From: Malacoraja senta | Lineage: Eukaryota | Assembly (NCBI GenBank): GCA_038087875.1 | Contig: CM075997.1 | Coordinates: forward strand, 3,474,001 to 3,538,000 | DNA length: 64,000 nucleotides | Direction of reading: 5' to 3' | In this document: positions 1 to 57,239 of the stretch, piece after piece | Layout of the letters: each line of letters opens with the position of its first letter | Numbering within the stretch: the stretch's first letter is position 1 | Program-made: the position numbers and the translations under genes | The notes under the pieces: model-generated | What the model was told of the DNA's origin: nothing | Seen by the model: only the letters and a program-made list of their open reading frames with translations | The model's database searches: none

Positions 1-309
1 CTTGCTCAAAAGTGATATTTTGTTTTACCTAAACCAAAATAAAGTGGTCATTATTTTGCATGGCATGTTTTATTATATCTCTTGGTTCTGGTTCAAATAC
101 CATATTTTATGGATGATCTGATATATTTATTTTATGAGTGTATACTTAAATGATGTAAATTGTATAAAAGAGTCTTCAAATGTCAAGCTTAACTTTTGTA
201 CTCAACTCTAATATTGTATGTAATACTCATCAAATATCCACATTGAAAATTCCAAATACCCTAACTTAACTGAACTCTTTTCATTTCAGTCTTTAACCAA
301 GTTCACAAG

Positions 310-43125
<42,816 letters not shown>

Positions 43126-43392
43126 TAGAACTCTCTTCTGTGAAGTTTTGTTCAGATTTTTAGGTTTCCTTCTATTCTTGTGTTTTTGCTTTGATAATGT
43201 CTTGCTTATTGTGGGCAGATTTTAGCAGTGGTTGTCAAAAAAGACCAAAAATAGCAACAATTAGTTATTTGAGTAAATGGAATAATGCATATTAAATTGA
43301 TAGTGCAATGAAAAGTGGGCGTACATTTTATAAGAAACCTGTTTGAGACTTAAATGGGTAAATGGTGATTTTTGTTGTTTATGCATGAAAGG

Positions 43393-43398
43393 AATAAA
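43393..43398 (+). terminator. Candidate proximal polyadenylation signal (AATAAA) of SUPT5H
   Basis: First AATAAA noticed after the stop codon, in AT-rich 3' UTR-like sequence. Confidence 0.4.
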
Positions 43399-44990
43399 AA
43401 TAGTTTACCGTTTGACAGTGAAGATAAATACTTTTTGTAGCAATGGAATGGTACTTCAGGAACATGCTAAAACCTATTTTTGTAATAAGAGCACTTGAGT
43501 AGATGAGAGGGGGCACATGAAAAAATAGACAATTTTGACAAAAGAATGCTACAATTATTTTTTAAACTAGGTAGTTCAAAATTGTTTGTGTAAATTGAAA
43601 GCTTTATATGTTGCCACTTGTTTTCAAAAGATTTGAAGATGCTTTGAAAACCACGTTAGCAATTCCATTTTCAAGAGTAAATCTCCAGATGTTTGGAGCA
43701 GCTTTAGAAATAAGAACAAAATGTTGGAAACACTCGGCAGGTTGGGTAGCATCTGTGGAGAGAGAAATTGAGTTAACTTTTCATCGGAACTACATAAAGT
43801 TGGAGACATATTAACGTTTAAGATGCACAGTAAGTGTTAGGAAGAAAAAAAAAAAAATGATGTGATGGAGGTTAGATGGGATTAAATGACAGAAATCCCA
43901 GTTTATTCCTCACTCAGACCTCAGTTCCTAATTCTCCAGATTTCTTTGGATTGAATTCATTTTACAAAAAGTCACGATACCAAATTTGGACTACATCAGC
44001 GTTCCAGTATTGCTTATGATTTTCCATCCGTGATCTTGTCAGTGTCAATAGGCCCTGAGCAATGTCTCAACGGCCAGCAATGAAGAGCTTTCGGAGAGGC
44101 TGTTATTATTGAGTTGCCTGTGCAGAAATTGCAGGTGTCAATGGCTGTAGCTGTTAACAGGCCTAGCACAGATGAGGTTTTGCCCCAGATCCTGTGGACA
44201 GATTCTGTGCTTTGTGGCCAGATGTAATTTTTTTAGATATCTGCAGATGCCAGACAAGATAACCTGACTGACCATTTCCAGAAGGCTCGAATCTGCTTGC
44301 GATTTCTCCAGCAATTGTGCTTTTAAGGTTTCAAGATTACTGTTTGATTAATACATGAAGTTTCTGCAGCTTCCTTCCCCATGTCAGTTAGCATCATGGA
44401 AATATAGTCCAAAACTTAAAGAGATCTCAGAAAAAAGACTTGGAGTACCGCAACGGGTCAATCTGTATCTCTGGAGAACATGGATCGGAGACATTTCAGG
44501 TCGAGACCCTTCTTCGGACCCTGAAGAAGAGTCCTGACTTGAAACATCATCTATCCATGTTCTCCAGAAATGCTGCCTGACCAGCTAAGTTACTCCAGCA
44601 TTTTGTGTCTTTTTTTTGTAAACCAGCATCTGGAGTTCCTTGTTTCGACAAGAGATCTCAGAATCTTGATTCGAATTTTATTGCATGTATATTCCATAAA
44701 TACATTATTAAAACAAAAGTTAACTTGGGAAAACATCTGCCATAAAATTTCCATTTTGGGCTGTTGTACAGTTATAAAACAATATCAATTGGAAAAGTTG
44801 CAACTGATAAACCCAGTTTTATTCAACCATTAGATCTCCAGGTTAATTGAACAATGACCACTGCTAGGATCTGCTTCTGCTGACTTGTTTACTAAATGTC
44901 ACCTAATGTAAAATGTATTTCTGTGGTTTGGGAATACCATTCGTATGGCCAATATTTGAGCTTGTAAACCCATTTGCTCCAAATAGAGTC

Positions 44991-44996
44991 AATAAA
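44991..44996 (+). terminator. Candidate distal polyadenylation signal (AATAAA) of SUPT5H
   Basis: AATAAA followed about 25 nt later by GU-rich tgtgttgtacttgtgg. Confidence 0.4.
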
Positions 44997-46754
44997 AAAG
45001 ACTTGCAGATCTTAAGATCTTGTGTTGTACTTGTGGAGAAGGCTGCTCTTTAAGATGACGTACTATTTTTCAGGAGTGTTTGTTCTTATTGGGGTGTAGT
45101 TCTTGTGATAGCCTCCTGATACCGATGCCAATGTGGGTTTTGACAGCGAGTAACAAATTGTTGATATGTATGCTTTTTATCCCATTCATAGGATGAGAAT
45201 TTAAACCTGGATCAGGACCTGGTGGCCCCCCTGAGCTTATTCTGTTCTTTAGAAAGGTTGGAGCAGAGCTTCCCATGCTCCCCTTTGCACACATACATTT
45301 ATTTCCCCAAGGTAAAGACAAACTGCTGGAGAAGCTCAGCGTCTTTGGCATCCAAATCTGACATTTTGGATCAGAGCCCTTCTTCAGACTGATGGAGTCT
45401 CATTCTTTCCATGCTCCATCCTCTGCTAGTTTTAGGCTAAAATACTAACTCCATTGGTTTGTTTTGTATTCAAGATTCCAGCATCCATGATGTATTCACT
45501 TTATCTTTATAGACAGTTTAAACAAGCGTACGTGAGCTTTGGTTCTGTGGGCACTGAGGTGTCTGATGAGGCCCAAGTAGGAACTCCAGATAACCGTGCG
45601 ACTTGAGGCTCCTGATGGGGCAAATAGGTAGCTGGATCGTCCTGTCTATTGTCTTCTCTATGCTCAAAGTTCTCTATCTAATTTCTAATTCACTGACAAG
45701 TGGAAAGTTTTTCTGTTTAATTCTTTAGGAAAGAGTCCGGAATGGAACAATGAAATTCTTAGAATGTAGAAACAAAGAACCGCAGTTGCTGATTTACAAA
45801 AAAAGACACAAAGTGCTTGAGCAACTCAGTGGGTCAGGCAGCATTTCTGGAGAATATAGATTGGTGACTTTTATGGTTGGGACTCTTCTTCAGACCCCTG
45901 CTGGCCTTCTACCCTCATTGGATATTCATATTTCCAGCTACCCGTGCGACATCAATCGTCTTAAGTTCTCCACACCCCTTAACCACTCCAATCTCACCTC
46001 TGAATAGACAGCCATCCGCTCACTCAGCAACAATGACAACATTGTTATGAAACCCTCCGACAAGTGAGGTGCCATTGTGGCAGGCTGACCTCTCTACTGT
46101 GAGTCAGAAGAAGGGTGGTGACCGGAACTGTCACCTAGCCAGGTTCTCCAGAGATGCCACCTGACCCGCTGAGCTACTCCAGCACTTAGTGTTTTGTTTA
46201 AACCAGTATCTGTAGTTCATTACTTCTCAATTTGCATGTGCTACCTTCTAATAATTATTTTCCTTCTTTCTCCAAGTTACTCGAATTATCCTCCTAGCCC
46301 TTGGCTTTCCTCAATAGTGGGCAAGATGTAATGAAACATCAACCTGACCTGCTGAGTTACTCCAGGACTTTGTCTTTTTTTTTCACAATGAAATTCTTAC
46401 TTGCAGCAGCATAATATGTCTGTAAATAGGATACTCATAGAACACATAATACGCAAAATAAACTCAATAAATAAAAAAGAAACCAATATTGGTGCCAAAG
46501 AGCATGAAATCCTTATTGTAACTAAGACACTTTGTCGTTCATTATCATAGTAAGAGTTTCACTAGCAGAATATCACTAGATGCTGAAGTTATTTGCATTT
46601 TTATTTCAATCAAATGGCTTTTTTGGCTTGTATTTTGTGTTGCCACGCCTTGTGCTTTCAAGTTTAGTTTGTCCCTCTTTGCTTGCTGTCCTGACCTTTG
46701 ACAGGGTCGCGTCGAAACCAACCCCAGGTTGGATTGCAGTCTGTTCTAATTTTT

Positions 46755-46893
46755 GCCCTGATTGGAAAAGAGGAGATGGGAGTATGTTAGTATCCCTGTG
46801 TTTCATTGCTCGTCTGCGCCATCAATAAACGAGAGCGGTGGTTAGATTGACCGACGGTGAGAAGTGGGCGGGAGAATCATCCAAGATGGCGGC
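46755..46893 (+). promoter_or_regulatory. TIMM50 promoter / 5' region at the edge of a CpG island
   Basis: Reverse CCAAT (ATTGG) near 46761, GC box GTGGGCGGGA near 46864, YY1-type CAAGATGGCGGC overlapping the ATG; CpG-rich about 46800-47320. Confidence 0.6.
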
Positions 46894-47285
46894 ATCACTC
46901 AGATGCATGTGTAGCCGGTCGGGGCTGAACCTTTGCGGGAAAATTCTGCGCAATCGGCCCGGAGCCGCCCGCAAAAGACTGGCGCTGCGAAGTTATGAGG
47001 TAAAGTCCAATTCGTCGCCGGCGTGCCGGGCGCTGTCGACGGAGAAAGGCGGCCCCGCGACCGGCGGTCTGGCTCAGGCCATCCTGCAGGAGAAGCTGCA
47101 GCAGCAGCAGCGGGAACGGGCCAAGGAGGAGGCGGGCAGCGGCGAGCATGGGAGCGGCAGCGGCGATGCCGGCACCGAGCAGGAGCAGAAACAGAAGCAG
47201 AATACGGCTTATGCCAAGAAGATGGTGTTGAGGTTAATGGGGCTGCTGGGTGCGGGCAGCACCCTCGGGGTGGTCTACGTCTTCG
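46886..47285 (+). CDS. TIMM50: TIMM50 (mitochondrial import inner membrane translocase Tim50) first coding exon: presequence plus transmembrane helix; rest of gene not seen in the window
   Basis: MAASLRCMCSRSGL... (Arg-rich presequence) ...GGLAQAILQEKLQQQQ...NTAYAKKMVLRLMGLLGAGSTLGVVYVF G|gtgagt resembles vertebrate Tim50 (human [27 protein letters not shown]); SUPT5H-TIMM50 adjacency as in human. Confidence 0.93.
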
Positions 47286-47679
47286 GTGAGTGGGAGCAGA
47301 TCGGTCGCGTCCCCTTCACCAGTGTCACCTCTGCGGCCCATTCAGTTTTTCTATGTCAACTGTCACGGTGCGATGCAGACTCCTGGTCACTGGGTTTGAG
47401 CTGTGGGTTTAAGAAGCTGCCGCCTTGTATCCTGGTAAAATCGTGTTAAACAAGTTTAAATGTTGGGATCTTCAGGCCAGGCAGCATTTTGATCTTTCAT
47501 CAAAAGGTTCTTTAAAAGAATTAGATGCATTTTGAGGATCATGACAAGCTTTAAATATAGGACAGAATGGCAATTGACAGCCACAGATAGTATGTTGAGC
47601 ATCTATTATTCAGTAACCAATTGTACAGCTGCCGAGCTTCACTCATTTTGTATCCAAAATCAGTTTGTTTCAAAGGGTA

Positions 47680-47890
47680 GGTACACAAAAATGCTGGAGA
47701 AACTCAGCGGGTGCAGCAGCATCTATGGAGCGAAGGAAATAGGCAACGTTTCGGGCCGAAACCCTTCTTCAGACTTCCCGAAACGTTGCCTATTTCCTTC
47801 TCTCCATAGATGCTGCTGCACCCGCTGAGTTTCTCCAGCATTTTTGTGTACCTTCGATTTTCCAGCATCTGCAGTTCCTTCTTTAACACC
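47680..47890. mobile_element. Young fold-back Penelope-derived insertion with 15-bp TSD; minus-strand hammerhead core at 47745-47772
   Basis: Near-perfect inverted arms; ttgtttcaaagggta at 47665-47679 and 47891-47905. Confidence 0.85.
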
Positions 47891-48309
47891 TTGTTTCAAA
47901 GGGTAACTTGATTGTCTGAATGAAAAGGTTAGTGACAGCATAGGGTTGCTATCTCCACCCACCAGTTCCAAGTTCCCATCCAAGTTGCATACCAATTTGG
48001 AAATGCATGTTTACTCCTTTATCAAGCTGATTACCTCTGTGTGGCTCACAGCAAGGTGAGGGATATGGGCCAAACGCAGCTAAGTGGGTCTAGTGTAGAT
48101 GGGACATGTAGGTTGGTGTGTTGGGCCGAAGGGCCTGTTTCCGTTGTATGACTCTATGACAGTTAAGGATGAAGATGTTTTCAAAGGGGTGTTGACTGGC
48201 TCTCTCTGCCCCTGTTAAATTCACTCTGGTTCTTTGTTTTCAGTTGGATAGGGCCTTTGGTGTTTGGAGCATAATTGTAGCTGAAGAACAGGCGCACATC
48301 ACAAATAGC

Positions 48310-50066
48310 AGAGTCAGGGGATATGGGGAGAAGGCAGGAACGGGGTACAGATTGGGAATGATTAGCCTTTATAACAAGAGGAGTACAGGACCAAAGAGGT
48401 CCTTCTGCAGTTGTACAGAGCCCTAGTGAGACCACACCTGGAGTATTGTGTGCAGTTTTGGTCTCTTAATTTGAGGAAGGACATTCTTGCTATTGAGGGA
48501 GTGCAGCGTAGGTTTACAAGGTTAATTCCCGGGATGGCGGGACTGTCATATGCTGAGAGAATGGAGCGGCTGGGCTTGTACACTCTGGAGTTTAGGATGA
48601 GAGGGGATCTTATTTAAACATATAAGATTGGTAAGGGTTTCGACACGCTAGAGGCAGGAAACATGTTCCCGATGTTGGGGGAAGTCCAGAACCAGGGGCC
48701 ACAGTTGAAGAATAAGGGGTAAGCCATTTAGAATGGAGACGAGAAAACACTTTTTCTCACAGAGAGTTGTGAGTCTGTTGAATTCTCTGCTTCAGAGGGC
48801 GGAGGAGGCCGGTTCTCTGGATACTTTCAAGAGAGAGCTAGATAGGGCTCTTAAAGATAGCGGAGACGGGGGATATGGGGAGAAACATAGAAAATAGGTG
48901 CAGGAGGAAGCCATTCGGCCCTTCGAGCCAGCACCGCCATTCATTGTGATCATGACTGATCGTCCCCTATCAATAACCCGTGCCTGCCTTCTCCCCATAT
49001 CCCTTGACTCCACTAGCCCCTAGAGCTCTATCTAACTCTCTTAAATCCATCCAGTGACTTGGCCTCCACTGCCCTCTGTGGCAGGGAATTCCATAAATTC
49101 ACCAATCTGGGTGAAAACGTTTTTTCTCACCTCAGTCTCAAATGATCTCCCCTTTATTCTAAGACTGTGGCCCCTGGTTCTGGACTCGCCTAACATTGGG
49201 AACATTTTTCCTACATCTAGCTTGTCCAGTCCTTTTATAATTTTATATGTTTCTATAAGATTCCCCCTCATCCTTCTAAACTCCAGTGAATACAAGCCTA
49301 GTCTTTTCAATCTTTCCTCATATGACAGTCCCGCCATCCCAATCTCGTGAACCTACACTGCGCTGCCTCAATCACAAGGATATCCTTCCTCAAATTAGGA
49401 GACCAAAACTGTACACAATACTCCAGATGTGGTCTCACCAGAGCACTATACAACTGCAGAAGAACCTCTTTACTCCTATACTGAAATCCTCTTGTTATGA
49501 AGGCCAACATTCCATTAGCTTTCTTCACTGCCTGCTGTACCTGTAAGCCAACTTTCAGTGACCGGTGTACAAGGACGCCCAGTTCTCGCTTCACCTCCCC
49601 CTTACCTAACCTAGCCCCATTGAGATAATAATCTGCCCCCTTGTTTTTGCCGCCAAAGTAGATAGCCTCACATTTATCTATATTATACTGCATCTGCCAC
49701 GCATCTGCCCACTCACTCAACCTGTCCAGGTCACCCTGCAACCTCCTAACATCCTCTTCACAGTTCACACTGCCACCCAGCTTTGTGTCATCCGCAAACT
49801 TGCTAGTGTTGCTCCTAATTCCCTCTTCCAAATCATTAATATATATGGTAAACAGTTGCGGCCCCAACACCGAGCCTTGTGGCACTCCACTTGCCACTGC
49901 TTGCCATTCTGAAAAGGACCCGTTCACTCCTACTCTTTGCTTCCGGTCTGCCAACCAACACTGAAGGCAAGAACGGGGTGCTGATTGGGGATGATTAGCC
50001 ATGATCACATTGAATGGCGGTGCTGGCTCGAAGGGCCGGATGACCTACTCCTGCACCTATTGTCTA
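48310..50066. mobile_element. Nested CR1 (HER1-like) LINE cluster: a + strand 3' fragment interrupted by a minus-strand RT fragment (about 48885-49958)
   Basis: Minus ORF 49307-50008 with SGVPQGSVLGPQLFTIYINDL...KFADDTKLGG; plus ORF YRALVRPHLEYCVQFWS; the + copy 3' UTR resumes near 49963. Confidence 0.88.
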
Positions 50067-52232
50067 TCTCTGGAGTAAATGGATAGGTAATATTTCTGGT
50101 CAGGACCCTTCTTCAGAGGTGTTAAAGAAGGAACTGCAGATGCTGGAAACCCTTCTTCAGAGGTGATGGGCAGTACTACAGGCTGATGAAAAGAATACCT
50201 GAACATCAAGACCTTAGAGCTGGCACAAAACTGATAGTGTATTGGGCAGCATGATCCCTGGTCTCTGACGTGTTTCTGAGGCAGAAGCAGACAGTGAAAA
50301 AATTCCACCACTGCTGTCTCTGCAAAATCTTCCAAATTTATTGGAAGAACAAATAAACCTATGTTCGTATCGTTTCCCAGTCCAACATCCCTGACATTGA
50401 GGCCCCAGTTACTTTCATGGCCTGGAGAAGGGTGATTTTCTCCATGTAGCCATTGTCACATTCTACAAGCAGTTCAAATGGATTGGGGTTTTCTGGAAAT
50501 GTGTTCACAGTGAGATCTCATAAGAAGCCAGTGAGTAACTCAGTGGGTCAGTCAACAACACTGGAGAAAAGGAATGGGTGACTTTTCGGGTCGAGACCCT
50601 TCTTCTGAGTCTGAGAATGCCCTAATGCTCTGCCAGATCACAATCACAATAATCACAATCACGATAATACTTTATTAGCCAAGTATGTTTTGCCACATAT
50701 GAAGAATTTCATTTGCCAAGTCAGTCATACAAATAACTACGGAACTAAATGACTACAGAAGACCTGGTCAATATTCTAAAATGTCTCCAATTAAAACAGT
50801 TCCTTCCTACACACTGGATTACTACATGACTTTTGATTTAGAATACATGTTATCTAATCAAAGCTGCCTTATTTTCCATTCCAAATGGACATGAGATACA
50901 AGTGAACTTTCTTGAATAGTAGCGTGGCAGTTCAGTTATGGATACTCAGCCAAAGTACTGAAGTTAACATATAGGTTCAGCAACAATCATGGCAAGTGAT
51001 TTGTTATTCTTTATTGAAAGAGAATTTGAGAACAAGATATATGTTGCTTCAATTCCTGTGAGACTGCTTCTGGAATTCTATGAGACTGTCTGGTGACCCT
51101 ATCTAAGGAAAGATAGGAGGTAGACAAAAGTGCTGGAGAAACTCAGCAGGTGCAGCAGCATCTATGTGATTGAAGAGGTGGATCTTCCGGCGGATCAAGT
51201 AGAGTTGGGCGATTGAAGGAAAGATATATTTGTGATAGAGCAAGTACAGCAAAGAGTCACCAATCTGATTCCAGAGATGTGTAGGGAGGAACTGCAGATG
51301 CTGTCCCACCAAAGATAGGCACAAAATGCTGGAGTAACTCAGTGGGACAGGCAGCATCTCTGGTTAGAAGGAATGGCTGCTTTTGGGTCGAGATCCTTCT
51401 TTAGAAGGAAGGTCACGCCCCAAAATGCCACCCATTCCTTCTATCCAGAGATGCTGCCTGTTTCACTGAGTTACTCCAGCATTTTGTGTCTGATTCTGGA
51501 GATGTTAGGTTTGTCATATGAGGATAGATACACAGTTTGTGTTTCCATTGGCTGGATTATTTTAACCAGAAATTAAATAAATCTATAATTAATTTAAAAA
51601 AAATGCTGGTTTCATTGCTAAATACAATTCTTTCAGGCTTGTAACAATCTATCTGGTTCAGTGATATTCTTCAGAGATATTACTGGTCTGGCCTATTTGT
51701 GACTTCACACCCACCATTGTGCTTGACTCTTAACCGTTTGAGGCAATGAAGGATGGACAGCAAATGCCAGCATTGCCAGCATATCTCATAAATGAGTAAG
51801 AAAAAGGATTGAATGCTTTGATCAATCGCATTATATGGGATTGGTATTGCATTGGTGTCCAGAATGAGTAGAGATGGCAAGTTCTCTGGTAGTGTTTGGA
51901 CTGGTCAGACTTTCACAAGCTTTGGTCATCTTCCTACCTCAGACCATTAATGGAGAGATTTAGTTTCCCACTGTGTGAATTTAAAGCAGGTTCCCCGGCT
52001 TTGAGATAAATACTGTAGAGCTGGAAGAGTTTGCCCTTTTTAGTATTAAGGAAGACCAAAAGAATAGATTGATAAATCAACATGATTTTAAAATAATTCG
52101 GAGGAAGTATTATGTACACTCTCGAAAGTTGAGTCAATGTGCTGAAGCTCTCAAGCATCTCCACTTCAGCATCATTGATACAGACTGGTGTGTGTAATCT
52201 ACTCTGCTTTATGACGTAGATGACGGTGGTGT

Positions 52233-52897
52233 CAGTTTAGAGATACAGCATAGAAGCAGGCCCTTTGGCCCACGGAGTCTGTGCTGACCAGCCATTCCTG
52301 CACACTAACACACTAGGGATAATTTACAATTTTACCAAGCCAATTAACCTATAAACCTGTATGTCTTTGGCATGTGGGAGGAAACCGTAGAAAATCCACG
52401 CAAATTGAACTCGTGATTTCTGGCATGAAAGGCGGCAACTCGGAGAATGGAGCAGCTGGGCTTGTACACTCTGGAGTTTAGAAGGATGAGAGGGAATATC
52501 TCATTGAAACATATAAGATTGTTAAGGGTTTGGACACGCTAGAGACAGGAAACATGTTCCCGATGTTGGGGGAGTCCAGAACCAGGGGCCACATTTTAAG
52601 AATAAGGAATAAGCCATTTTGAACGGAGACGAGGAAACACTTTTTCTCACAGAGAGTGGTGAGTCTGTGGAATTCTCTGCCTCAGAGGGTGGTGGAGGCG
52701 GGTTCTTTGGATGCTTTCAAGAGAGAGCTAGATAGGACTCTTAAAGATAGTGGAGTCGTGGGATATGGGGAGAAGGCAGGAACGGGGTACTGATTGGGGA
52801 TGATCAGCCATGATCACATTGAATGGCGGTGTTGGCTTGAAGGGCCGAATGGCCTACTCCTGCACCTATTGTCTACCACTGCACCACCGTGCCACCC
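52233..52897. mobile_element. HE1-like SINE (minus) interrupted by a CR1 3' fragment (plus, about 52441-52872)
   Basis: SINE body stops at ggcggcaact and resumes at ctaccactgcaccaccgtgccaccc after the CR1 tail. Confidence 0.8.
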
Positions 52898-53382
52898 ATT
52901 AGTTTATTGAGACAAGCAGCCATTTGAAGAAATGTGCACTTCCTGCCACTCAGAAACACAACATACCCCAGTTTGAATTTGCTGTTCTCGTGTGTTGATT
53001 TTAGCTTGGGTATTTGCAATAAAGAAATCATTTGTAGTCGGTGATTAAATGGTACTAATTATACTGATAATCAATATTAATTTTAATAAATGTGACACAT
53101 TCATTCACTGGTTCTACCCTTGTTCCTAAGTCAGTAAGTGATAGATTCATGTCTTGTGATTGGGTACAGTTTCCAGATTGGACTGCAACTGGTGGTTTTA
53201 TGACCTCAAACTAAGTTTTTTTCTAAGACTTGGGGATAAATAAGATTTCCATGGGAATATGTGCAGTTTAGAAATCTCCCATTTAAAATCTCCCAGTAAT
53301 AAAATCCAAAAGTAATGCTGAAAATCCAAAAGTAATACTGGAAAAGCTCAGCGCATCTGTGAAAAGAGAAATAGAGTTAATA

Positions 53383-53745
53383 TAGACAATAGACAATAGG
53401 TGCAGGAGTAGGCCATTCGGCCCTTCGAGCCAGCCATGTTCAAAGTGATCATGGCTGATCATCCCTAATCAGTACCCCATTCCTGCCTTCTCCCCATATT
53501 CCCCGACTCCACTATCTTTCAGAGCCCCATCTAGCTCTCCCTTGAAAGTGTCCAGAGAACCGGCCTCCACCGCCCTCTGAGGCAGAGAATTCCACAGACT
53601 CATAACTTTCTGTGTGAAAAAGTGTTTCCTCATCTCCGTTCTAAATGGCTTACCCCTTATTCTTAAACAGTGGCCCCGGGTTCTGGAATCACCCAACATC
53701 GGGAACATGTTTCCTGCCTCTAGCGTGTCCAAACGCTTAATATAG
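53383..53745 (-). mobile_element. CR1 LINE 3' fragment
   Basis: SRTRGHCLRIRGKPFRTEMRKHFFTQKVMSLWNSLP; (ctattgt)n tail. Confidence 0.85.
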
Positions 53746-53979
53746 GTCATCAGCCATCTAAAAATGCTTGAAATGCCCGTTTGAAGAAGGGTCTCGACCC
53801 GAAACGTTGCCTATTTCCTTCGCTCCATAGATGCTGCCTCACCCGCTGAGTTTCTCCAGCATTTTTGTCTACTCTAGAAATGCTTAAATACCTGAGTGTC
53901 TTCAAAATCTGTTGTGCCTTTCTCTGTATAAATTATCGTCTAATAGGCTAGTCATTAAAATAAATAACTGTGAATTACT

Positions 53980-55040
53980 TTGAGTTTGAGTTTAGTTTAT
54001 CGTCACGTATACAGAGTTACAGTGAAAAGCTTTTGTTGCGTGCTAACAGTCAGCGGAAAGACAATACATGATTACATTCGAGCCGTCCACAGTGTACAAA
54101 TTCATGATGAAATGAATAATATGAATAAGGTTTAGTACAAGATAAAGACAGTAAAGTCTGATCAAACATAGTCTGAGGGTCTCCAATGAGGTAGTTAGTA
54201 GCTCAGGACTGCTCTCTAGTTGTTGGTAGGATGGTTCAGTTGCCTGATAACAACTGGGAAGAAATGGTCCTTGATTCTGGACGTGTGCGTTTTCACACTT
54301 CTATACCTCTTGCCTGATTGGAGAGGGGAGAAGAGGAGTGACCGGGGCGAGACTGGAGCTTGATTATGCTGGTGGTCTTGCTGAGGCAGCGTGAGGTGTA
54401 AATGGAGTCAGTGGAAGGGAGGTTGGTTTGTGTGACGGTCTGGGCTGTGTCCACAATTCTGTGCAATTTCTTGAAGTCTTCTCAAAACATGCCTTGATGC
54501 ACCCGGCTAAAATGTTTTCTACGGCGCATCTGTAGAAGTTGATGAGAGTTGTTGGGGACAAGCCAAATGACCTAAGTCTTCTAAGGAAGTAGAGGCGTTG
54601 GTGTGCTTTCTATGCTGTTGCTTCAATATGGGTAGTCCAGGACAAGTTGCTGGTGTTATTTACTGCTGGGAATTTGAAGATTTCAACCATCTCTACTTCG
54701 GCGCCATCAATGCAAAGTGGGGTATGTGTATGAAGACATCACTCCCTGAAACCAATCACCATCTCCTTTGTCTTGCTGACATTGAGAGAAAGGTTGTTGT
54801 CTTGACACCAGGTTTTAAATCTCCTTCCTGTACCCTGTCTCATCATTCTTTGATATCCGGTCCCCAGCGGTGGTGTCGTCTACAAATTAGTAAATTTAAT
54901 TGGATTTATACTTGGCTGCACAGTTGAGGGTGTACAAGGAGTAAAGCAGGGGGCTGAGAACGCATCCTTCCAGAGCACCAGCTTTGAGGATTATCGTAGA
55001 GGATAATTTGTCCCCTATCCTCACTGATTGGGGTTTGTTG
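53980..55040 (-). mobile_element. Rex1/Babar-like LINE 3' fragment
   Basis: PTTLINFYRCAVENILAGCI... and other RT remnants; (aaact)n tail. Confidence 0.7.
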
Positions 55041-57239
55041 GGATGTTAACAGGACATGAGAGGAACCATACAAGAGCGTCTGAAGGTCTCATCCCGAAAG
55101 GTCACCTATTCTTCAGGGATGCTGCCTGACCCGCTGTGCTACTCCAGCCTTTTGTGTCTGTCTTTAGCATCTGCATTTTCTCCCTGCACATATAAGAGAG
55201 GTTGGTTCTTATTTCTATTTCTGCCACAAGAGGTTCCCAGAGAGCAACCAAGCTGGAACTCCCTCTGTTTGCAGAACAAGTTCTGAAGGTTGCGATCGGT
55301 TCTGCTGTTTATCTTCAGTGACTAAATTACATGGCAGCATCAATGCTATTGTGGTTTTCCAGAAACCTCAAATTGAGCTCCTGAAGCTGTCCTCATCCTG
55401 GCATTCTTTTTACATAGAAACACTGTAAACTCTTAGAATAACCTAATGACCTATAGTTAGGCAGGTGTCAGGACACTCTTGGGACAAGCCTACCTTTAGG
55501 AGATTAAACTTGCTTCTATTTCTTATAACATATTTTTGATGTTATCTAGATTGCTGAAAATTCTTCAATCAATTGATTGAAACAATTAATTCTCCTTTTA
55601 AACGTGTGGAATGCAGATTTGCAGTATTGCCTTGATGTAAAATTCAAAGATTTTGGTTAAGATAATGACTTCCGTTGAGGCAGATGAGCTGTATTTGATA
55701 TGTTTTGCCAGCAGTAAATCTACTTAATGAGTGGTGCTCTCAACAGGCTGGTGCTTCTTGTCAGGCAATCCCACCTGTCTGCGTCTATCAATCTAAACTT
55801 GATCTGATTCTCCCTAAACTCCTCAGAGATAGTACCAGGCAAGGCCATTGACGTCTAAACAATCTCCTATACAGCAAAATTAAATTGCTTGTGTTTGCCA
55901 CCCAATAAGCCAGTTTCATGGACTTCTCTGTTTTCATGTTTACATTTGTTCGAGTCCTTTGAGGTCTTCAGACAAGAACAATTTAAATGATTACAGTGGC
56001 ATTTATGTCTCAATTTTTTACCCATATTAGATATTTTGTTTGTTTAACCAATACATTTAGTTTCATGGTGAATACTTGAAGTTTTGTGATTAGCGTGACT
56101 GGTGAATCTTGTAAGATGATGGATAGTACTGCTAGGGATGGAACAGCATGTGCTTTCCATGGATTTCCGCTTTACTTGGATAGCTGCTTTGCAATATTAA
56201 TTTAGAAGATAATAACTGATGTAACCATGGCGCAATAACACATTTATAGGTTATCTTTAGAACTAGCAAAGTATCTCAAATTCTCATAAGCCAAAGGTCT
56301 AGTCCTGATCTCCCAAACAACCTCATTGTGGACCTTGCACTTTTTCTTATCTGCACTTTCTCCATTGCTATAATGCTGTAAGGTCTAAATTCTGCGCTCT
56401 AGTTATTTTTCAATTGCACTGCCTTTTGTATTTATGTGTGGCTTGATTGGACATTTGTAGGGTATGATTTGACTGATCACCCACACATTTTTCACTATAT
56501 CTTGGTGATATCATGTGATAATAATAAGCCAACATCAATACCAATCCCAAAACCAAATACTTCTATGAACAACTTTGACTAAACTACGCAAGGAGATATA
56601 TGGGCAGGTGAAAAGAAGGGTGCAGGTAGGAACAATAAGCAAAGGAATTGGCTAAGATTTACCCCATTTCATTAATGTCTTATACAAGAGCATCCACTGG
56701 CATTTTAGGGATACAAAAGTACCATCAGTAAAGATGTATGGAATACACAAAAATTGGAAATATTTAGCAAGTGTCAAGAAACAATGAATATGTTAGGCTG
56801 GTGAGCTTTTGACAGAATTAGAACATAGAAATTCAGACACTCTCGATGTAAACACAAACTGATGGTGATTGACCTGAAACAAATCGTGTTCTCTTCCCAC
56901 TGACTTTGCACAGTGTCAGTACTTTAGTTTTGTTTCTGACTTCCAGCATCCATATTGCTTTGTTTACTTGGAGTGCAAAGAGATGTTTAATTAATTTTTT
57001 AAAATGGGGAAGTGCTTCTTATTAATAAAGCAACCATTTATCATTGAATCTTAACTGTCTACTGCTTCTGGTGCAATGGTGATAGAAATGTTTTGGGATT
57101 GGTTCCAAAGGATGAGGATTGGGAGAGAGGTGTGAAGCTCAGAGCTTCAAGTGTTACCACAGCCACCATTGATGTGAGGAATGAAGGTGACAGTGGGGGT
57201 TGGGAGCAGGTAGAGCAAAGAAACCAATTCAGAAATGTT

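Noticed and set aside
46826..46885. Upstream in-frame extension of TIMM50, like the long nuclear human isoform
   Set aside because: An in-frame TAA at 46826-46828 and no upstream ATG after it; only a GTG at 46838
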